Assembly (NCBI GenBank): GCA_963772985.1
Contig: CAVYZP010000040.1
Coordinates: 1,410-65,409, forward strand
Reading direction: 5' to 3'
From: an uncultured Chloroflexia bacterium
GTDB lineage: Bacteria; Chloroflexota; Dehalococcoidia; Dehalococcoidales; Fen-1064
DNA: 64,000 nt
Numbering within the stretch: the first letter of the stretch is position 1; the number at the start of each line of letters is the position of its first letter. Below the pieces are notes generated by a model. The model saw only the letters and a program-made list of their open reading frames with translations, was not told where the DNA came from and ran no database searches. Below, one piece after another: positions 49,656-58,896 of the stretch. The position numbers and the translations under genes were made by a program.

Positions 49656-50306
49656 TCAATTTCTGATAAAACGGTAACCGATGTTTCGCACCGTTTCGAT
49701 GTAAACATGTTCGGGACTTTCGATCTTGCTTCGGAGCCTTCGGATGTGGACGTCAACGGTCCTGTCCCCGCCGAAATAATCCTGGCTCCAGACCTGATTG
49801 AGCAGTGTATCGCGTGTGAAAACCCGGCCGGGATGGCTGGCCAGGAATTTCAGTAATTCGTATTCTTTAAAAGTCAGGGAAACCAGTTTTCCATCTACAT
49901 AGACCTCATATTTATCGGGGTCAATCGTGATGCCGGCCGTCCTGATTTGGGCCGTTGTAGTATCGGAATCTTTCCGTATCAGGTGTTTGATCCTGACGGT
50001 CAGTTCTTTTGCATTGTAAGGTTTTATTACAAAGTCATCCACCAGGTCATCGAGTTTGTCCAGCTTGTCCGTTGAAACCAGAGCGATTACCGGCAGGTCT
50101 TTTTCCTTGCGGAAATAACGGCATAATGTTTCCACTTCCGCTGTGCCGGTGAATTCCATTAGTAGCAAACCAGCAGTATTTTCGGTGATACTTTCCATGG
50201 CATCGTTGCTGTCCGTGAATGAACATTGGAAACCATGTTTGGCTAACTCGGCACATAGTTTCACCATTTCATCATTTTGCCTGGCGACTACCACTATTTT
50301 CTGCAA
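49656..50306 (-). CDS. OmpR/PhoB-family DNA-binding regulator with a degenerate (non-phosphorylatable) receiver
   Basis: 216 aa. C-terminal winged helix (…LTFKEYELLKFLASHPGRVFTRDTLL…VDVHIRRLRSKI…IETVRNIGYRF). The receiver lacks the acidic pair (VVVARQND) and has Glu at the phospho-acceptor position (LLLMEFTG). TTG start follows AAGAGG. Confidence 0.75.
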   Translation of the reverse strand: MQKIVVVARQNDEMVKLCAELAKHGFQCSFTDSNDAMESITENTAGLLLMEFTGTAEVETLCRYFRKEKDLPVIALVSTDKLDKLDDLVDDFVIKPYNAKELTVRIKHLIRKDSDTTTAQIRTAGITIDPDKYEVYVDGKLVSLTFKEYELLKFLASHPGRVFTRDTLLNQVWSQDYFGGDRTVDVHIRRLRSKIESPEHVYIETVRNIGYRFIRN

Positions 50307-50483
50307 GCTTTGCCTCTTAATCCATACCTGACGGTTACCGCGATCTATTATTTTCCTTTACATTATCGTATTATAGCGGAAATGACAAGTGAATGCTCTA
50401 CAGGTTGAATAGACCGTCCTTGCAGATTGACACGTGGTATTGTTAAGATTATGCTGACAATAAAAGAATCTGGGGTGATTGAT

Positions 50484-50843
50484 ATGGAAGAAAAATTGCC
50501 GCGTAAAACAGAAAAACCCTGGGGTAACGAATTGCTTTATGCCTTGACTCCGCAATATGCCGGCAAGGTAATTTCCGTGAATAAAGGTTTTCGTCTTAGC
50601 CTGCAATATCACAAAGAAAAAGATGAAAGTATGTATCTTTTGCAGGGCAAAGTGAAATTCAGCGTCCAGGCTCCGGATGGGAAGATGTCCGAAACGATCG
50701 GCCAACCCGGATACTGTTTACATCTCCCGCCGTTGACCACGCATCGCGTCGAAGCTATCGAAGACTCCATTATTCTGGAAGTCTCGACGCCGCAGCTCAG
50801 CGATGTGGTTCGCCTGCAGGATGATTTCGGCCGCGCCAGATAG
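50484..50843 (+). CDS. cupin domain protein
   Basis: ATG 50484 (MEEKLPRKTEKPWGNE...). Cupin motifs ...LSLQYHKEKDESMYLLQG... and ...HLPPLTTHRVEA.... The track ORF from 50427 is probably over-extended. Confidence 0.6.
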   Translation: MEEKLPRKTEKPWGNELLYALTPQYAGKVISVNKGFRLSLQYHKEKDESMYLLQGKVKFSVQAPDGKMSETIGQPGYCLHLPPLTTHRVEAIEDSIILEVSTPQLSDVVRLQDDFGRAR

Positions 50844-50916
50844 GCCGAATGCGTGGGCGGTATGAAATAAATCAGAGATACTTCTTTTTAAAGCTGTTGT
50901 TTAAGCTGGAGCTTCT

Positions 50917-50950
50917 GAAGAGGGAGTGCGAAATCACCCCCTCTTCTTTT
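50917..50950 (+). terminator. hairpin plus T-run downstream of the cupin gene
   Basis: gaagaggg (50917-50924) / ccctcttc (50939-50946), with an inner gtg/cac pairing, then TTTT. Confidence 0.4.
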
Positions 50951-50957
50951 CATTGTC

Positions 50958-50980
50958 ATTGTCGGGCTTGACCCGACAAT
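50958..50980. repeat. intergenic perfect hairpin (REP-like element)
   Basis: attgtcggg-cttga-cccgacaat, a 9-bp perfect stem. Confidence 0.5.
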
Positions 50981-51109
50981 CCAGAGATTTGGGTCATCTT
51001 TATAAATGAGCGGGGCGTTAGTCATTAGACAATTTGAATATCACGTAAATAATTGTGTTTATTTCGACCAAGACAGAACTCATTGAATCGGAAAATTTAA
51101 CGCATTTAG

Positions 51110-51883
51110 TTAAAATTTCAACACCAGCCCGATCGGGCAGTGGTCGGAGCCGCTTACATCTTTCATAATATAGGCTTTCTCGACATTGCCGAGCAGGTTT
51201 TCCGTCACGAAGAAATAATCAATTCTCCAGCCGACATTTCTGGCTCTGGCCCCGGTTTTCATATCCCACCATGTATACTGTTCCGGTTCTTTGTGAAAAT
51301 ACCGGAAAGTGTCCGTATAGCCGTGAGCGACCATTTTATCCAGCCAGGCTCTTTCTTCGGGCAAAAAGCCGGATATTTTCGCATTTTCCTTCGGCCTGGC
51401 GAGGTCAATTTCCTGATGTGCGGTATTCACATCGCCGCAGAAAATGATTTTCTTCCCACTCAACCGTAACGGCTCCAGATAATTAAAGAAAGCCTCGTAG
51501 AAATCCATTTTGTATTTTAGCCTCTCCGGGCCTTGTTTTCCGTTGGGGAAATAGATATTGCAGAGCGTGTATTCCGGATATTCGGAGATAATCACGCGCC
51601 CTTCTCCGTCAAACGCTTTCACCCCGAAACTGTTTTGCGTCTTCACCGGTTTTTCTCTGGAAAACGTCGCAACTCCGGAATAACCCTTTCTTTCCGGATA
51701 ATTCCAGTAAGTCTGGTAGCCGGGCGGTTCCAGCAGGTCTTCGGTCAGGTTATCCGGACTGGCTTTCGTTTCCTGCAGGCAGAGGATATCCGGCGATTCT
51801 TTTTGCAGCCATTCTAGAAATCCCTTTTTCACTGCTGCTCTGATGCCGTTGACGTTCCAGCACAATATTTTGATTTCTTTCAT
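51110..51883 (-). CDS. xth: exodeoxyribonuclease III
   Basis: 257 aa. …WNVNGIRA…LCLQETK…, and a C-terminal …SDHCP… motif. Confidence 0.88.
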   Translation of the reverse strand: MKEIKILCWNVNGIRAAVKKGFLEWLQKESPDILCLQETKASPDNLTEDLLEPPGYQTYWNYPERKGYSGVATFSREKPVKTQNSFGVKAFDGEGRVIISEYPEYTLCNIYFPNGKQGPERLKYKMDFYEAFFNYLEPLRLSGKKIIFCGDVNTAHQEIDLARPKENAKISGFLPEERAWLDKMVAHGYTDTFRYFHKEPEQYTWWDMKTGARARNVGWRIDYFFVTENLLGNVEKAYIMKDVSGSDHCPIGLVLKF

Positions 51884-52287
51884 CGTGGCCTCTTTACTCA
51901 GTTCTCAGGTATCATTATGACACACTAAATCGAACCGGTTTGTCAATGCTATGGCTTCACAATTAATTATAGCGATAGTTCGCGCCCTTAATGCCGAGTA
52001 AATCATTGACGAAGTATGCCCGCTGTTGTACGATTCTGGTACTGTCGTTGCGAGGTGTTATCGCCTATAGTCCCGAATTATTGATGGAGACGAAGCAATC
52101 TGAAATAATCCTATGTTGAAAAGAAAGTTGTTTCTTAATTATTGCAGCGTCAAGAAACGATGCTATAATTTATTGTTTGCTGTTAATTGAGATGAACAAC
52201 TTGAATATTGAAAAATAATACTATATGAAATATTATCAACATCGTGAGATGAATCATTAGCGGGGAATAGCCCGATCGGAGACGAGG

Positions 52288-53154
52288 ATGAAAGAAATTT
52301 TTTACTTGAATGGGAAACTGGTGCCCCGTAACGAAGCTAAAATATCTCTGCTCGATTACGGTTTTCTTTTCGGCTTCGGGCTCTATGAAACAGTGCGGGC
52401 CTACGAAGGAAAACCTTTCCGGTTGGACAATCATCTGGCGCGGCTCAGATATTCCGGCGAGCGTTTGGGTATTGTCATTCACACCGGGCTCATCCGCGAA
52501 GCCGTGCAAGAAGTTATCAAAGCTAACGGTTTCGGTCAGACCCGTCTCCGTATCTGCGTTTCCAGCGGTGAAGGTGAAATGTCTCCGAATCCTGATTCCT
52601 GTAAGCTGCCGACGATCGCAGTGCTGGCCTCGGAATACAAACCACCCAGCCGTGCGAAATACCTGCGTGGTTATCAAACGGTGCTCTCCGCGATACGCCG
52701 TAACAGCCTTTCGCCGGTGACCTATTTAAAATCAGCCAATGCTCTGGAAAGTCTGCTGGCGCGTCGGGATGCCAAAGACGCCGGTGCGGACGAGGCGTTA
52801 TTCCTCAACGAAAAGGGTTATCTCACCGAAGCGGCAGGCAGCAATGTCTTTATCGTGAAATATGGTATCTTGCAGACACCGCGGTATGAGTCCGGCCTGC
52901 TGCCCGGCGTTACGCGCATCATTGTTTTTGAACTGGCGTCTCAGCTAGAAATCAAAGTCAGTGAAATTAATTGCCGTCCGGCCAGCTTAACGCAGGCGGA
53001 TGAAGCCTTTATCACCAATTCTTTGATTGAGATTATGCCGGTAACTTCATTTGAAGGCCAACCGGTTGGGGACGGAAAACCCGGCCAATTAACCCGCAGG
53101 TTGATGAAAGCGTACCAAGCGCTCGTAAAGCAAGAAACCGCCGAAATTAGATAG
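52288..53154 (+). CDS. class IV (fold type IV) aminotransferase; IlvE/PabC family
   Basis: 288 aa. …GFLFGFGLYETVRAY…, catalytic Lys context YLKSANALE, …EAAGSNVF…. Confidence 0.75.
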   Translation: MKEIFYLNGKLVPRNEAKISLLDYGFLFGFGLYETVRAYEGKPFRLDNHLARLRYSGERLGIVIHTGLIREAVQEVIKANGFGQTRLRICVSSGEGEMSPNPDSCKLPTIAVLASEYKPPSRAKYLRGYQTVLSAIRRNSLSPVTYLKSANALESLLARRDAKDAGADEALFLNEKGYLTEAAGSNVFIVKYGILQTPRYESGLLPGVTRIIVFELASQLEIKVSEINCRPASLTQADEAFITNSLIEIMPVTSFEGQPVGDGKPGQLTRRLMKAYQALVKQETAEIR

Positions 53155-53183
53155 CCGTTTGTCAGAAAATCGGGGGACACACT

Positions 53184-53214
53184 ATTGCGAGAGCACTTCA
53201 GTGCTCGTGGCAAT
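53184..53214. repeat. intergenic imperfect hairpin (REP-like element)
   Basis: attgcgagagcac-ttca-gtgctcgtggcaat. Confidence 0.4.
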
Positions 53215-53309
53215 CTCACTACAATATCTCCCTTGTGGCAGCTTTAGTTGGATTTAAAATTTTTATTCTCTCTTTTTCCCCTTCTAAAAAAGGAAGGAGA
53301 TTGTCGTCC

Positions 53310-53340
53310 TCTCTCCCTATTAGGGAGAGATTGAGAGGGA
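53310..53340. repeat. 31-nt hairpin element, copy 1 (TCTCTCCCTATTAGGGAGAGATTGAGAGGGA)
   Basis: 9-bp perfect stem tctctccct/agggagaga. A near-identical copy lies at 63651-63681. Confidence 0.7.
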
Positions 53341-53376
53341 TCGGACCTTCTTGTTTACTGCGAAGCAGGGCATAAT

Positions 53377-54237
53377 CTAAATCCCTCTTACAATCGCATC
53401 CGTCATCTTGCACACCCGCGCCATCTGTTTCACATCATGCACCCGCACAATATCAGCCCCGTTGGCGATGCTCACGGCCACGGTGGCAGCGGTGCCTTCT
53501 ACCCGCTGATTGGCCGGCAAATTCAAAACCATCTTTATCAGCGATTTTCTGGATGTTCCGACCAGTATCGGCCGACCCATCACCCGCAATTCCCGCAACT
53601 GCCTGATAATTTCGATGTCCTGCTGCCACGTCTTACCGAACCCGATCCCCGGGTCTATGATAATATTTTCTTTTGGCACCCCTGCCTGTTCCGCTGTCTT
53701 CACACTTTGCCGTAGCGAAGCAATAACTTCTGCCATTACGTCACTGTAGCTGGCTGTATCGCGTCCCGCTTTGGCGTCATAGCCGCCGATATCGCGCTGG
53801 TTGCTCATCAGCACTAGCGGGACGTTATTTTTAGCTGCCAATTCGGCTAAGCGCGGTTCTGTTTTCAATCCCCACTGGTCGTTGATTATCACCGCCCCGG
53901 CGGCCACGGCCTGTCGTGCCACTTCATATTTGGTAGTGTCGATGCTTAGCGGCGCTTTTGTCCTGGCAGCCAGTTGTTCGATTACCGGCACCACCCGCCG
54001 GATTTCTTCTTCCTCTGAAACCTCAGTAAAACCGGGTCTGGTGGATTCCCCGCCGATGTCCAGGATATCTGCCCCTTCTTCCGCAAACCGGCAGCCCTGA
54101 GCTACAGCCGCTTCGATATCGTTATTCCCATCGCCGGAGAAAGAGTCGGGAGTGGTATTAACGATGCCCATCATATAGGTGCGTTCGCCCCAACGGAATT
54201 CCATGCCGCCGCAGCGGGTTATTTTTTTTAATGACAT
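53377..54237 (-). CDS. folP: dihydropteroate synthase
   Basis: 286 aa. …MGIVNTTPDSFSGDG…, …DIGGESTRPG…, …GFGKT…. Confidence 0.9.
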   Translation of the reverse strand: MSLKKITRCGGMEFRWGERTYMMGIVNTTPDSFSGDGNNDIEAAVAQGCRFAEEGADILDIGGESTRPGFTEVSEEEEIRRVVPVIEQLAARTKAPLSIDTTKYEVARQAVAAGAVIINDQWGLKTEPRLAELAAKNNVPLVLMSNQRDIGGYDAKAGRDTASYSDVMAEVIASLRQSVKTAEQAGVPKENIIIDPGIGFGKTWQQDIEIIRQLRELRVMGRPILVGTSRKSLIKMVLNLPANQRVEGTAATVAVSIANGADIVRVHDVKQMARVCKMTDAIVRGI

Positions 54238-54323
54238 CTTCGCCTTCCTCTCGAGCTAACTCTACCCGATGCCGTAACTTTCGTCAACATCCGAAGATGA
54301 TACTAAAGTATCACCTTTTTAAC

Positions 54324-54352
54324 TTGACTTTTAAGCGTAAAAATGCTATGTT
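54324..54352 (+). promoter_or_regulatory. near-consensus sigma70-type promoter with no CDS immediately downstream
   Basis: TTGACT (54324-54329), 17-bp spacer, TATGTT (54347-54352). Confidence 0.45.
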
Positions 54353-54358
54353 GAGCAT

Positions 54359-54616
54359 AGGGATCAGACTAAACCCGAGTACACGGCGGAGGTGCTTTTA
54401 TGAGGTTACACGCAGTGTTAGGGGTGAGACAGGTTGATCGTCAACTCCCTGCATAATATGCGGGGACTCCGAAAACGAATGTCCGACTCTTGAATAAGCA
54501 GTTCGGGCTGATATGGCAAATGCCCATGCGGTCGTGATGACCACAATTGAGTTGGATTCGTAAGACTGGTATTTGGGTGGAGAGTGCCTTAAAGAAGTAC
54601 TCTCCACCATTTTTAT
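54359..54616 (+). ncRNA. candidate structured RNA or long leader (about 255 nt); class unknown
   Basis: Bounded by the promoter above and by a 12-bp stem (54576-54587 / 54597-54608) followed by ATTTTTAT. Internal hairpins at 54432-54444 and about 54448-54465. The only coding candidate is an 18-codon ORF. Confidence 0.35.
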
Positions 54617-54692
54617 ATAATCCCGCTTCCCCCGCTCCCAATCTTGATTACACTACCCTTGAAACAGTACAATTATCTGGAAGGATGTAAAA

Positions 54693-55292
54693 GTGAGATT
54701 CCGTGACCCCCGTTCCATTAATTTAACCCCGCTCTGGGTGCTGATTGGCGTCAATGTGCTGGTATTTATTGCCACGAGCATCTCTTCAGGTTCTTTTTTA
54801 GCGGTATCAAACCAGATTGCCAATCAGGTGGGGGTCAGTTCCGCCACTATTGCCAGTCAGCCGTGGACGATTGTCTCCGCCATGTTTATTCATGACGGCA
54901 TTTTCCACATTTTATTTAATATGCTTACCCTCTATTTCTTCGGCATGTATGTCCTGGCGCTCGTCGGCGAAGCCAGATTTTTCCTGGTCTATTTTATCGG
55001 CGGTATCGTGGGCAACGCGCTTTTCATGCTGCTGGCGCCCGGCCAAATTGCTGTCGGCGCTTCCGGCGCGATTTTTGCGCTTGGTGGTGTTCTGGCCGTG
55101 CTTGTGCCGCGTCTTAAGGTAATGATTTTCCCGATACCGGTGCCGGTAGACCTGTGGATTTCAATTCTGATTAGTTTTTTTGTTTTGATTGTTGTTACCG
55201 GAGTCGCCTGGCAGGCCCATCTCGGCGGGCTTTTGACCGGCCTGGCGGCCGGGTATATTTTCAAACGTCAGGCAACGCGCCGGCGCTATTAA
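54693..55292 (+). CDS. rhomboid family intramembrane serine protease
   Basis: 199 aa. GTG start. …HILFNM… and GASGAIFALGG catalytic Ser motif, …AHLGGL…. Confidence 0.8.
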   Translation: MRFRDPRSINLTPLWVLIGVNVLVFIATSISSGSFLAVSNQIANQVGVSSATIASQPWTIVSAMFIHDGIFHILFNMLTLYFFGMYVLALVGEARFFLVYFIGGIVGNALFMLLAPGQIAVGASGAIFALGGVLAVLVPRLKVMIFPIPVPVDLWISILISFFVLIVVTGVAWQAHLGGLLTGLAAGYIFKRQATRRRY

Positions 55293-55485
55293 ACTTTAAC
55301 GGTCTCCGGGCGCAAAATAAATCGGGTCGTTACTTGAGACAGTGGCTGCTGACTTTAAGAAAGTAGTGGCATGAAATCCGTCGGACTTTTAGGTCCGATA
55401 TGAAGTCCGGCTTTTTCCAGGATTCACCTGCCGTTATTTTCTGCTAAAATCTTATTAACACTACTAACTTCAATAAGGATAACGT

Positions 55486-55995
55486 ATGAGTGTTTATGAT
55501 GTCATCAGTCAGCGTTACAGCGCCCGTTCCTACCGGCCGGATCCGGTGGAAGCAGAAAAGCTGCAGCAGATTCTCGAGGCGGTTCGGTTGGCCCCCACTG
55601 CCGCTAACCGCCAACCGTTCCGGTTTATCGTCATTCATACCAAAGGCAAAGAGGCTGAGTTGCGCCGGATTTACAATGCGCCCTGGTTTGTGCGTGCCCC
55701 GCTGGTGATTTGCGGATGCGTGGCCCCGCAAAAAGCCTGGGTCCGCCGCGACGGCAAGAATTACAGCGATGTTGACGTGGCCATCGCCATGGACCACCTG
55801 ATTCTGACCGCCGCCGAACTCGGGTTGGGCACCTGCTGGATTGCCGCTTTTGACCCGGTTGCTGCCCGTGAAGTATTGTCCTTGCCTGATGATGTGGAAC
55901 CGGTACTCTTCACTCCGCTAGGTTACGCTGACGATGCCCCCGGCCTGAAAAAACGTAAACCCCTGGCCGAAATAATTAGTTATGAGCGCTGGTAA
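55486..55995 (+). CDS. nitroreductase family protein
   Basis: 169 aa. …RYSARSY…LAPTAANRQPFRF…. Confidence 0.8.
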   Translation: MSVYDVISQRYSARSYRPDPVEAEKLQQILEAVRLAPTAANRQPFRFIVIHTKGKEAELRRIYNAPWFVRAPLVICGCVAPQKAWVRRDGKNYSDVDVAIAMDHLILTAAELGLGTCWIAAFDPVAAREVLSLPDDVEPVLFTPLGYADDAPGLKKRKPLAEIISYERW

Positions 55996-56148
55996 GATAC
56001 GGTCTTAAGAAGTTGCCCTTTGGTGATTACCCGGTAGTTGTCCCAGCCGGCGTCTTTGGGTAATAATAAACTGGTTTCCTGATTTCGCGCTGTATTTGCC
56101 AGTATCAATAATTAACTCTTTTTCGGTTAGCCGATTGCGAGGTTTTGC

Positions 56149-57270
56149 ATGCCTGCTGAGGTCGATGTCATTATAATCGGCGCCGGTGTCGTCGGACTGG
56201 CGATTGCCGCCGAACTGTCACTGACCGGCAAAAAAGTGGTTGTCTTCGAGAAAAACCGCAGTTTCGGTCTTGAGACCAGCAGTCACAACAGTGAAGTCAT
56301 CCATGCCGGCATTTATTATCCCGAAAATTCGCTCAAAGCCAGGTTCTGTGTTCGTGGCAATGCCCTGCTTTATGAAATTTGTGCGCGGTTCAATATCAAT
56401 CATCAAAAATTGGGCAAATTAATTGTCGCGGCTGATGCTCTTGAAACTAAAGAAATTGAAAAAATGTACCGTCAGGGACTCAAAAACGGTGTTCAAGGGT
56501 TGCAATTACTTGGGCAAAACGATGTCAAAAACCTGGAGCCCAGTGTCCAGGCCGTTGCGGCGCTGTTCTCTCCTGATACCGGTGTTATCGATTCTTACGG
56601 CTTAATGCGGTCTTTTTACGGCCGGGCCAGAGAAAACGGCGTGGATTTCATCTTTAATACCACCGTAGTCGGTATTGAAAACACTCACGGTAGCTTTCAG
56701 GTCACTATTAGGGATGGTGAAGGGATTTCCACCGTATCTGGCATCGTCGTAATCAACGCCGCCGGTTTATTCAGTGACCGAGTCGCTGCGCAGGCGGGGA
56801 TTAATCTGCAAAAAGCAGGGTATCAATTACATTTTTGTAAGGGTGAATATTTCAGCCTGGACCCGCGTGTAGGCCGGCTGGTGCACCGCCTGGTTTATCC
56901 CGTGCCGGAAAAAGCCGGTCTCGGTGTTCATGTCACTCTTTCGCTGGACGGTACTATCCGTTTGGGGCCCAATTTCGTCTATCAGGATACGATTGATTAC
57001 ATGGTAAACGAAAATAATAAACCTGATTTTTACCGCGCGGCCCGGCGCTATTTACCGTCAATAGGACTTGATGACCTGACCCCGGATTTCGCCGGCGTAC
57101 GTCCCAAACTGCAGGCTCTGGGGGAAGGTTTCCGCGACTATATCATCCGGGACGAAGCGGACAAAGGCTTGCCCGGGCTGATTAATCTCATCGGCATTGA
57201 ATCGCCCGGTTTGACCGCTTCTCCTGCGATTGCACAGTATGTTGCTGCAATAATTGCCGGATATTTTTAA
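56149..57270 (+). CDS. FAD-dependent oxidoreductase (DAO / L-2-hydroxyglutarate oxidase-like)
   Basis: 373 aa. N-terminal DVIIIGAGVVGLAIA dinucleotide fold and DAO-family layout. Confidence 0.7.
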   Translation: MPAEVDVIIIGAGVVGLAIAAELSLTGKKVVVFEKNRSFGLETSSHNSEVIHAGIYYPENSLKARFCVRGNALLYEICARFNINHQKLGKLIVAADALETKEIEKMYRQGLKNGVQGLQLLGQNDVKNLEPSVQAVAALFSPDTGVIDSYGLMRSFYGRARENGVDFIFNTTVVGIENTHGSFQVTIRDGEGISTVSGIVVINAAGLFSDRVAAQAGINLQKAGYQLHFCKGEYFSLDPRVGRLVHRLVYPVPEKAGLGVHVTLSLDGTIRLGPNFVYQDTIDYMVNENNKPDFYRAARRYLPSIGLDDLTPDFAGVRPKLQALGEGFRDYIIRDEADKGLPGLINLIGIESPGLTASPAIAQYVAAIIAGYF

Positions 57271-58760
57271 GCTGTCTTCACCGGTTTCTGCCCGGGATAG
57301 ATAAATGACACGGCAATCAGCACCACTCCGGCAGCCAGACAGACCAGACAGATAATTTGCAGCGGTGAAACGATATCGTTCAATGCCATTTTCGGAATAT
57401 TGTTGAATGCTTGCGGAATATTGGCTTTGGCAATTTGTGCGTTGGCAACGTTTTTAATAATCAACACACCGGCGAATTCTATGGCGTCGTAAATTAAAAA
57501 TACACTCCCCAAATCGCGGCAGGAATCTTTGACATTGCGGTATATCAGGATAATGCCCGCTATCAGCAGTATTATCAGCACAATCAGGCCGGTAAACCCG
57601 ATTTGAAAATCCTTTACATAAGGTCTGGCTTTCTGCAAATCGTTGGCGTAGTCCTGGCTGGCGGTATTGATGTTGTTTCTCGCTGTCGTCAGGCCGTTTT
57701 GCGCTTCGGTGATGGCGTTGCTAATGCCTGCCGTCGTATTTATCCCTAAGTCGGTGGAATCAACCGTGTATGTCGCTGGGATGTCCGCCGCCAGACTGTC
57801 GTAATACTGTTCGAAATCATTATCAAGGTCTGCCTGTGATTCTCCTTGTAGTTCTGGCGGCAGCTGCGCAAAAAATGCTGCTCTTGCCGCCGTTTTTAAG
57901 CTTTGCAGCGCCGGCAGGAGCGGTACTCTGACGCTGAAGGTGGCGTCTGTGCCGGTGAGATAATCGGCAAAATCGCCGGCTGCGCCCGCAAAAGCAGTTT
58001 TTATCGATGGCTGTAATGCCTCCACCACCGTATTAATCTCCGCGTCCGAGAGCGTAATTCCTTCCGGCAACGGTCCGCCGATATATCCCAGCAGGATGTT
58101 TTTTGTCATTGCTGTATAGTCAAAATTATCCAGGACGGCACTCACTTCATTGTCGCTGAGAACGGTCTGCCTTAGCGTGCTTTTAAGGTCGATAGTTGGG
58201 GTCTGCATCAGTAAATATTGAAAAATCGGGTCGCAGGCGTTTACAATCTGCGTTTTTATCTCCGGTTCAGTTGCATCGACGCCATTTACCAGGGCGGTCA
58301 CGAATGCCGCCGAATAATCCGTATCGGCCCCGGATTGTTCCTGCACTGCCTGGTTCAGCAGTTGTGCGAGGTCGACTTTGTCCAGTACTTCGGCCGCAAA
58401 CGTCGCGTTCATCACAGTACCGCTTAACGTCCCTTTTAGATCCGGGGCGCTGCCCCATGATTTTAAATTGGTGGAAGTATCTTTAATTGCGGTATCAAGG
58501 TGCTGTTTAATCACCGGTTCCGCATTCTGAATGCTGCTGACAATAGCTGCCTCAAGTTGTGGCGAGATGTCGCCGTTGGTGTTTTGTTTGTCAATCTGTT
58601 CTTGAACGGCCTGTGCGAAATCGATGTTGTTAACTATTTTTTCCATATCATTGGGTTGAAGTACTACCCTGTTTACCGTAAATGCCAGGCCGAATACGCA
58701 AAGTGCTAACACCAGAATGAAACTTAATAAAACCAGCGCTAAACCTTTGATAATTTTCAT
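57267..58760 (-). CDS. membrane protein of unknown function (N-terminal TM anchor, large Ala/Thr/Asp/Gln-rich domain, C-terminal TM bundle)
   Basis: 497-aa ORF with hydrophobic segments at both ends. No family recognised. Confidence 0.5.
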   Translation of the reverse strand: MKIIKGLALVLLSFILVLALCVFGLAFTVNRVVLQPNDMEKIVNNIDFAQAVQEQIDKQNTNGDISPQLEAAIVSSIQNAEPVIKQHLDTAIKDTSTNLKSWGSAPDLKGTLSGTVMNATFAAEVLDKVDLAQLLNQAVQEQSGADTDYSAAFVTALVNGVDATEPEIKTQIVNACDPIFQYLLMQTPTIDLKSTLRQTVLSDNEVSAVLDNFDYTAMTKNILLGYIGGPLPEGITLSDAEINTVVEALQPSIKTAFAGAAGDFADYLTGTDATFSVRVPLLPALQSLKTAARAAFFAQLPPELQGESQADLDNDFEQYYDSLAADIPATYTVDSTDLGINTTAGISNAITEAQNGLTTARNNINTASQDYANDLQKARPYVKDFQIGFTGLIVLIILLIAGIILIYRNVKDSCRDLGSVFLIYDAIEFAGVLIIKNVANAQIAKANIPQAFNNIPKMALNDIVSPLQIICLVCLAAGVVLIAVSFIYPGQKPVKTA

Positions 58761-58861
58761 TTGTGCTAGGCATTATAGTGCAAAGAAAATTGAATGTCAA
58801 AAGAACCGGGGGAATAGTCGCTGTTAATTTTTGGTGATCTTTGGATCTTAATATGGGTGTT

Positions 58862-58896
58862 TTGACTGCTCTGTTTCTATCCCTTATAATAGAAAC
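58862..58896 (+). promoter_or_regulatory. consensus promoter with an overlapping inverted repeat (candidate Rrf2 operator)
   Basis: TTGACT (58862-58867), 17-bp spacer, TATAAT (58885-58890). The inverted repeat gtttctat (58873-58880) / atagaaac (58889-58896) straddles the -10. Confidence 0.5.

Noticed and set aside
49547-50426. Methanogen-type NrpR operator (GGAA-N6-TTCC) near amtB or the regulator gene
   Set aside because: No occurrence with that spacing was found by eye. Only TTCC-N21-GGAA (50353-50381) is present, which has the wrong polarity and spacing.
52183-52677. 164-aa minus-strand ORF overlapping the class IV aminotransferase start
   Set aside because: No family resemblance. It overlaps a well-supported + strand gene, and its 5' part covers an intergenic hairpin region.
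54359-54616. Assignment of the orphan RNA to tmRNA, T-box, SRP, RNase P or 6S
   Set aside because: The 3' CCACC belongs to the terminator stem, and there is no tRNA-like T-arm or GGGG 5' end. TTTGGGTGGAGAG only partly resembles the T-box core, and no stem I specifier features are seen. There is no GGAAGCAGC-type SRP domain IV motif and no GAAAGUCC P4 motif. The length and fold do not fit 6S.
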